This document shows, one piece after another, positions 60,034 through 64,000 of a stretch of DNA of 64,000 nucleotides. Every line of letters begins with the position of its first letter. Positions within the stretch are counted from its first letter, which is position 1. The position numbers and the translations under genes were made by a program. Origin of the DNA: an uncultured Bacilli bacterium (GTDB lineage Bacteria; Bacillota_I; Bacilli_A; RFN20; CAG-826). The DNA lies in the NCBI GenBank assembly GCA_905235515.1, contig CAJOLV010000005.1, positions 6,409 to 70,408 of the forward strand. Reading direction: 5' to 3'. Below the pieces are notes generated by a model. The model worked only from the letters and a program-made list of their open reading frames with translations. It was not told the DNA's origin and did not search any database.

Positions 60034-62174
60034 TATTCTTCTTCTCCTTTCAAACTTGGGTTAATCGCATCTCTTAATCCGTTTCCAAATAAGTTAAAAG
60101 AAATCATGATTAAGGCGATAACAATCGCTGGGAATATTAATAAATAGGAACTAGTTAATAATTCCGCTTGGTTATCAGATAAGATAACACCTAATGAAGA
60201 CATACCTTTTAAGCCTAAACCTAAATAGGAAATGGTCGCTTCAGAGAAGATAACACTAGGAATCATTAAGACCGCACCTGTAATAATTGTGCCTAAAGCA
60301 TTGGGAAGAATGTGTTTAACAATCAAACGGGCATCAGATGCGCCTAATGTACGAGACGCTAAGACATATTCTCTTCCTCTAAATCTATAGAACTGTGTTC
60401 TTGTTCTAGCGGCAGTGCCAATCCATCCGGTTAAGCATAACGCTAAAGCGAACGTCCAGAAATTACTGCCCATATGAATAATGATTAATGTCATGACGAC
60501 AATCCATGGGACACCAGCGAGAATATCGGTGAATCTTTCCATTAATAAGTCAACCGTACCACCAAAGTAACCACAAATTGAGCCCCATAATAGACCAAAT
60601 AAGAAACAAACGATAAATGTTAAGACACCAAGTAATAATGATGTTCTTAAGCCTTCAAAGACGTATTTGAACATATCTCTACCAGATTTATCTGTACCCA
60701 TTAAGTATCTTGGCATTCTGTCATAGCCTAAGAACTTATAGTAAGAGACTGTTACTTTTACAGATAGTCTACCTGTTTCCTCATCATAATCGTAAAAATC
60801 ACTAACTTGAATTTCTTTTGTAACTGGGCACTTTTCTGGATTGAGAATTGTGCATTTAAAGTTTGTTTGATCTAAATAGAAGCCGCCGATAGATTCGTCA
60901 ATCATCAATGTTGGAATGCCATTATTCTTAAATGATAACCAGCCTTTTTCTTCATAATCCAATAATGAGAAGATAGAAAAGCCTTCCACTTCCCTTTCAC
61001 CAAAGGCTGCTTCATATGTGTCATATGTGAAGGAGCAGAAATAAGCTTTAGACATAAAGATACGTTTGACACCGGTAGATGACCAATATTCATAACCATT
61101 ATCTGATGTTTTTGTCATTAAACTAGTTGGATCAGTAAATGACATAGCATCAAAAGCGTTTTTAGTTTCTTCGTCTAAGGAAGAACTTTCAAAAACAACA
61201 CTCTTGAGTAATGAACATGTGTTATGTCCTAATCCTTCAGAGACCATACGAACTGAGAAATAAGCATTTTCAAAGTTAGTTAAACCTGTTTCATCATTAA
61301 TGATTTTTGCAATATCAACTTTTGGTTCCGCTAATGAGGCGATTGCACTACCAATGTTATGTGTTTTGCTATAATCCACCAGTAATAAGTCTTTTTGAAC
61401 TGGCATTGATACATCATCAACAATTTCAGTAACTGTGTAATGGAAATAAAGCGCAGAGTCACCTAAGACATAGTTTTCTGGGATAGACACATTATCTTTA
61501 TTTTCATTGGCTTCTAATTTTTCAACATCATAAGTATCAAAAACTGATAAATATAAATCGTTATCAATAGTCAAATTAGTGAAACGTTTGGATGCGAAAT
61601 CAACAACAGTGTCTTTTTCAGCGTTGTTATAGTAACCGAATTGAATATAACCATCTTTACCAAAACTGGTGAGGTTATTAGTGTATTCTTCATCTGTAAA
61701 GACTTTTTTACTAATCGCACTATGTTGTGGGAAGTTTTGTTTTGATGGCCACCAATATTGTTGTTTTTCTTCTTCAGTGTTGGCGTCTGGTTTAGCGGAA
61801 ACATCGACAGCGATATTTTCATAAGTCACTGTGCCGTCCCACCAGCCAGTGCCAGCGTTAAATAATTTTGGTGATAAATATGTTTCAGCTGGGTGAGGCT
61901 TCTTGGTGTCACTACGATCAACTAACGGGACAATAAATGACATCACCAACAAAGCGCCTAAAATATATGTCGCGACAACTGAAGACTTGTTCTTTCTAAA
62001 TCTCTTTAAGGAGTCTTTTAAGAACGTCGTTGGTTTGGTTTGGAATTTTTGTTCATGAACTGTTGAATCAACTTGTGTTAATGTGAAGTCATCATCAGTG
62101 ATTTTCACTTCTTTAACGACTTCTTCAGTATTTGGGGTTTCTTCAATAAGTTCGAATTCTTTATCTTCTAACAT
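60033..62174 (-). CDS. oppC: Oligopeptide ABC transporter permease OppC-type with very large (~450 aa) extracytoplasmic domain (probable start MLEDKEF)
   Basis: C-terminal 250 aa typical BPD-transport permease; N-terminal TM then long soluble domain. Confidence 0.8.
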   Translation of the reverse strand: MLEDKEFELIEETPNTEEVVKEVKITDDDFTLTQVDSTVHEQKFQTKPTTFLKDSLKRFRKNKSSVVATYILGALLVMSFIVPLVDRSDTKKPHPAETYLSPKLFNAGTGWWDGTVTYENIAVDVSAKPDANTEEEKQQYWWPSKQNFPQHSAISKKVFTDEEYTNNLTSFGKDGYIQFGYYNNAEKDTVVDFASKRFTNLTIDNDLYLSVFDTYDVEKLEANENKDNVSIPENYVLGDSALYFHYTVTEIVDDVSMPVQKDLLLVDYSKTHNIGSAIASLAEPKVDIAKIINDETGLTNFENAYFSVRMVSEGLGHNTCSLLKSVVFESSSLDEETKNAFDAMSFTDPTSLMTKTSDNGYEYWSSTGVKRIFMSKAYFCSFTYDTYEAAFGEREVEGFSIFSLLDYEEKGWLSFKNNGIPTLMIDESIGGFYLDQTNFKCTILNPEKCPVTKEIQVSDFYDYDEETGRLSVKVTVSYYKFLGYDRMPRYLMGTDKSGRDMFKYVFEGLRTSLLLGVLTFIVCFLFGLLWGSICGYFGGTVDLLMERFTDILAGVPWIVVMTLIIIHMGSNFWTFALALCLTGWIGTAARTRTQFYRFRGREYVLASRTLGASDARLIVKHILPNALGTIITGAVLMIPSVIFSEATISYLGLGLKGMSSLGVILSDNQAELLTSSYLLIFPAIVIALIMISFNLFGNGLRDAINPSLKGEEE

Positions 62175-62175
62175 A

Positions 62176-63219
62176 TTACTTCTTTTCCCCCATTCTGATT
62201 CTTGGATCAATGAAACCATATGATAAGTCTAAGATGATACCAGCGAGTAATCCCACTGTGGTAAAAACCGCCATATCGACCATTAAGACGTTATAGTCTG
62301 GATTGTTTTGATTTAAGGCTTGGATATATAAATTACCAATACCTGGAATGCCATATAGTGATTCTAGAATCATTGAACCACCGAAAATACCAATAAATTC
62401 TGCAAGAATTGATGGTAAGATTGGCACGAATGCATTTCTTAAAGCGTGACGAACAATGGCTTGGTTTTTCGTTAAACCTTTTGTTCTTGCTAATAAGAGA
62501 TATTCACTAGACATAACTTCGCAAAGTTCTGCTCTCACGAATCTTGTATAACCACAAATGGAACCAAATGATAAGGACATAACTGGAATAATAAACGCTA
62601 ACACTTTAGTCTTTGTGGATTGATCTGGAGCTGGCCAAATAGTTGGAAGCCATCCAGCTTTAAACGCTAATAAGTAAATTAAGAATGAAATAACAACGAA
62701 GGAAGGAATAGAGATAAAGACCATGACTAATGTGGAAATAAGGTGGTCAATCCAAGTATTTTTCTTTAAGCCCGCTAAAATACCTAAACCAATACCTAAT
62801 GGAACAGATAAAATAACGGAAACAATATTGATGTACATTGAAGCTGGTAAACGTTGACCGATAATTCTAATCGCAGAAGCGTTTGGTTCAATAACTGTGG
62901 ATCTGCCCCAGTCCCATCTAGTCACAATGTTTCCTAACCATGAAAAATATTGGTCGATAATTGGTTTAGTGTAAAAGTTATGCTCAACACCATCAAAAAT
63001 AAACGATTCTAACGGTGCTCCTAATTCAACACTAACTTCCGGTAAATCAATACAATATCCTAAATTAACTTGGTCAATATAGAAGGCATATCTCACGTTT
63101 TCATCAGGTGAGAAAACACCTCTAGGTGGTAATGATTTAACTAGGAAAAATGTCAATGTTAAAATGATAAACGCTGTTACAAAAGCCAATAGAACCCTTT
63201 TAACAGAATACTTTAGCAT
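62176..63219 (-). CDS. oppB: Oligopeptide ABC transporter permease OppB-type (probable start MLKYSVKRVL with GGGAGAAAGGAA RBS; track ORF to 63339)
   Basis: BPD-transport permease motifs, enlarged periplasmic loop. Confidence 0.8.
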   Translation of the reverse strand: MLKYSVKRVLLAFVTAFIILTLTFFLVKSLPPRGVFSPDENVRYAFYIDQVNLGYCIDLPEVSVELGAPLESFIFDGVEHNFYTKPIIDQYFSWLGNIVTRWDWGRSTVIEPNASAIRIIGQRLPASMYINIVSVILSVPLGIGLGILAGLKKNTWIDHLISTLVMVFISIPSFVVISFLIYLLAFKAGWLPTIWPAPDQSTKTKVLAFIIPVMSLSFGSICGYTRFVRAELCEVMSSEYLLLARTKGLTKNQAIVRHALRNAFVPILPSILAEFIGIFGGSMILESLYGIPGIGNLYIQALNQNNPDYNVLMVDMAVFTTVGLLAGIILDLSYGFIDPRIRMGEKK

Positions 63220-63481
63220 TTCCTTTCTCCCTTCTCGTTTTATTCTAAAACGTCTATAAACTATAACATAATAGGAACCATTCAGCAAGAATGGTTTTCC
63301 TATATAGGTGTGCTCACACATTTTTATACACTTCACCATCTTTAAATGGTGAAAGTTATTTTCAAACCCTAATTAATGTCAAAATCAAAATATTTATGGG
63401 GCTTTTGCCAGTGATATTGCTCTTTTTTCACAAAAAAGGCTAAGGCAGTAACCTTAACCTTTTTAGTATTTAGATTATCAA

Positions 63482-64000
63482 TTAAATAGCGAATAAATAA
63501 TCAACTAAAGTATAGTCTTTTCTGTTTGGAACGATGATTTGAGATTTTTGTTCATCGAGTCTTTCGTAGTTATAAACGATGTGATAAATCTCTTCGTAAT
63601 CATCTTCACCAATTGTGTAAGTTATGACGATATCAATGTCGATATTTTTGACTTTGTTATCTTCAATGGTGAATCTCATTGTTTGAGTTGTCGGGGTGAG
63701 TGTTCCAAATGGAATACCGTATCTAGTTTCAGTGTCTTGATCAGCTGTATCAGTTGGCCAACTCGCACTTGATGTGAACATCATGCAATTGGCGCCGGCA
63801 GAGCCAACAAGACCTTCTTCTTCACTAGCCGCCATATTGGCAACTGAAGTTAATGGAACGTATCTGAATGTGTTTGTAAATACTTCGCTACCACTTGTGA
63901 ATAAGTTATCTAAGATTTCAAACATTGGTTTGTATCTTTCACCTTCCATATAGGATTGTGTGGCAACTGGGTAGTAGTTTTTCACATCACCTGTAGTGTG
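63482..64000 (-). CDS. C-terminal part of a larger ORF continuing beyond window end; hypothetical, possibly Opp-associated substrate-binding lipoprotein
   Basis: Reading frame stays open through position 64000; position upstream of oppBCDF. Confidence 0.3.
   Translation of the reverse strand, partial: HTTGDVKNYYPVATQSYMEGERYKPMFEILDNLFTSGSEVFTNTFRYVPLTSVANMAASEEEGLVGSAGANCMMFTSSASWPTDTADQDTETRYGIPFGTLTPTTQTMRFTIEDNKVKNIDIDIVITYTIGEDDYEEIYHIVYNYERLDEQKSQIIVPNRKDYTLVDYLFAI

Overview
This is an AT-rich bacterial chromosomal segment that uses the standard genetic code; TGA is a stop codon, including a TGATGA double stop. Gene content and order look like a Firmicutes/Tenericutes-type anaerobe, for example Erysipelotrichia or a free-living Mollicutes-like lineage. 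The Mollicutes flavour comes from Opp ATPases and permeases that carry large insertions. No taxon can be assigned from the sequence alone. About 85% of the window is coding.

Gene content, with a * marking coordinates I located by hand-translation (accurate to about +/-2 nt):
- Minus strand, 1-3280*: the 3' portion of mfd downstream of pth.
- Plus strand, 3.9-9.7 kb: a DUF368-like membrane protein, then a MarR - two half-ABC exporters - LMW protein-tyrosine phosphatase operon.
- Minus strand, 9.7-18.8 kb: a CPBP protease disrupted by a 5-bp duplication, lgt, tRNA-Ile(GAT), rpsI-rplM, yebC, truA-ecfT-ecfA2-ecfA1, and a SigH-like sigma factor. This strand continues through rlmB-cysS and a three-gene [FeFe]-hydrogenase cluster (NuoE-like, NuoF-like, HydA-like) to 25.1 kb.
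- Plus strand, 25.3-32.0 kb: a D-2-hydroxyacid dehydrogenase, a class III anaerobic RNR (nrdD fused to a C-terminal glutaredoxin/NrdH-like domain), an adjacent TrxB-like flavoprotein lacking NADPH-binding motifs, convergent nrdG, dCMP deaminase and folD.
- 32.0-34.0 kb: a small decayed accessory patch with a DinJ/RelB antitoxin remnant, a beta-carbonic anhydrase, ribokinase and a truncated Phd/YefM-like ORF.
- Minus strand, 34.1-49.0 kb: a complete S10-spc-alpha ribosomal cluster, rpsJ through rplQ with no rpmD, in which several r-proteins carry low-complexity extensions. L5 and L22 share a near-identical duplicated N-terminal segment.
- Minus strand, 49.4-53.7 kb: queH, queA, a tgt split by a frameshift in a short T-tract, prs and a kinase-like ORF.
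- 53.8-57.0 kb: a tightly overlapping PHP-phosphatase / membrane protein / IU-nucleoside hydrolase operon on the plus strand and a Fic-wHTH gene on the minus strand; the Fic gene sits downstream of a triple-repeat element.
- Minus strand, 57.1-64.0 kb: oppF-oppD-oppC-oppB and a partial upstream ORF.

The most interesting candidate system is the nrdD-redoxin fusion with the NADPH-motif-less TrxB-like gene and nrdG, sitting next to the hydrogenase. This looks like a thiol-based, possibly ferredoxin-driven, reductant relay for an anaerobic RNR.
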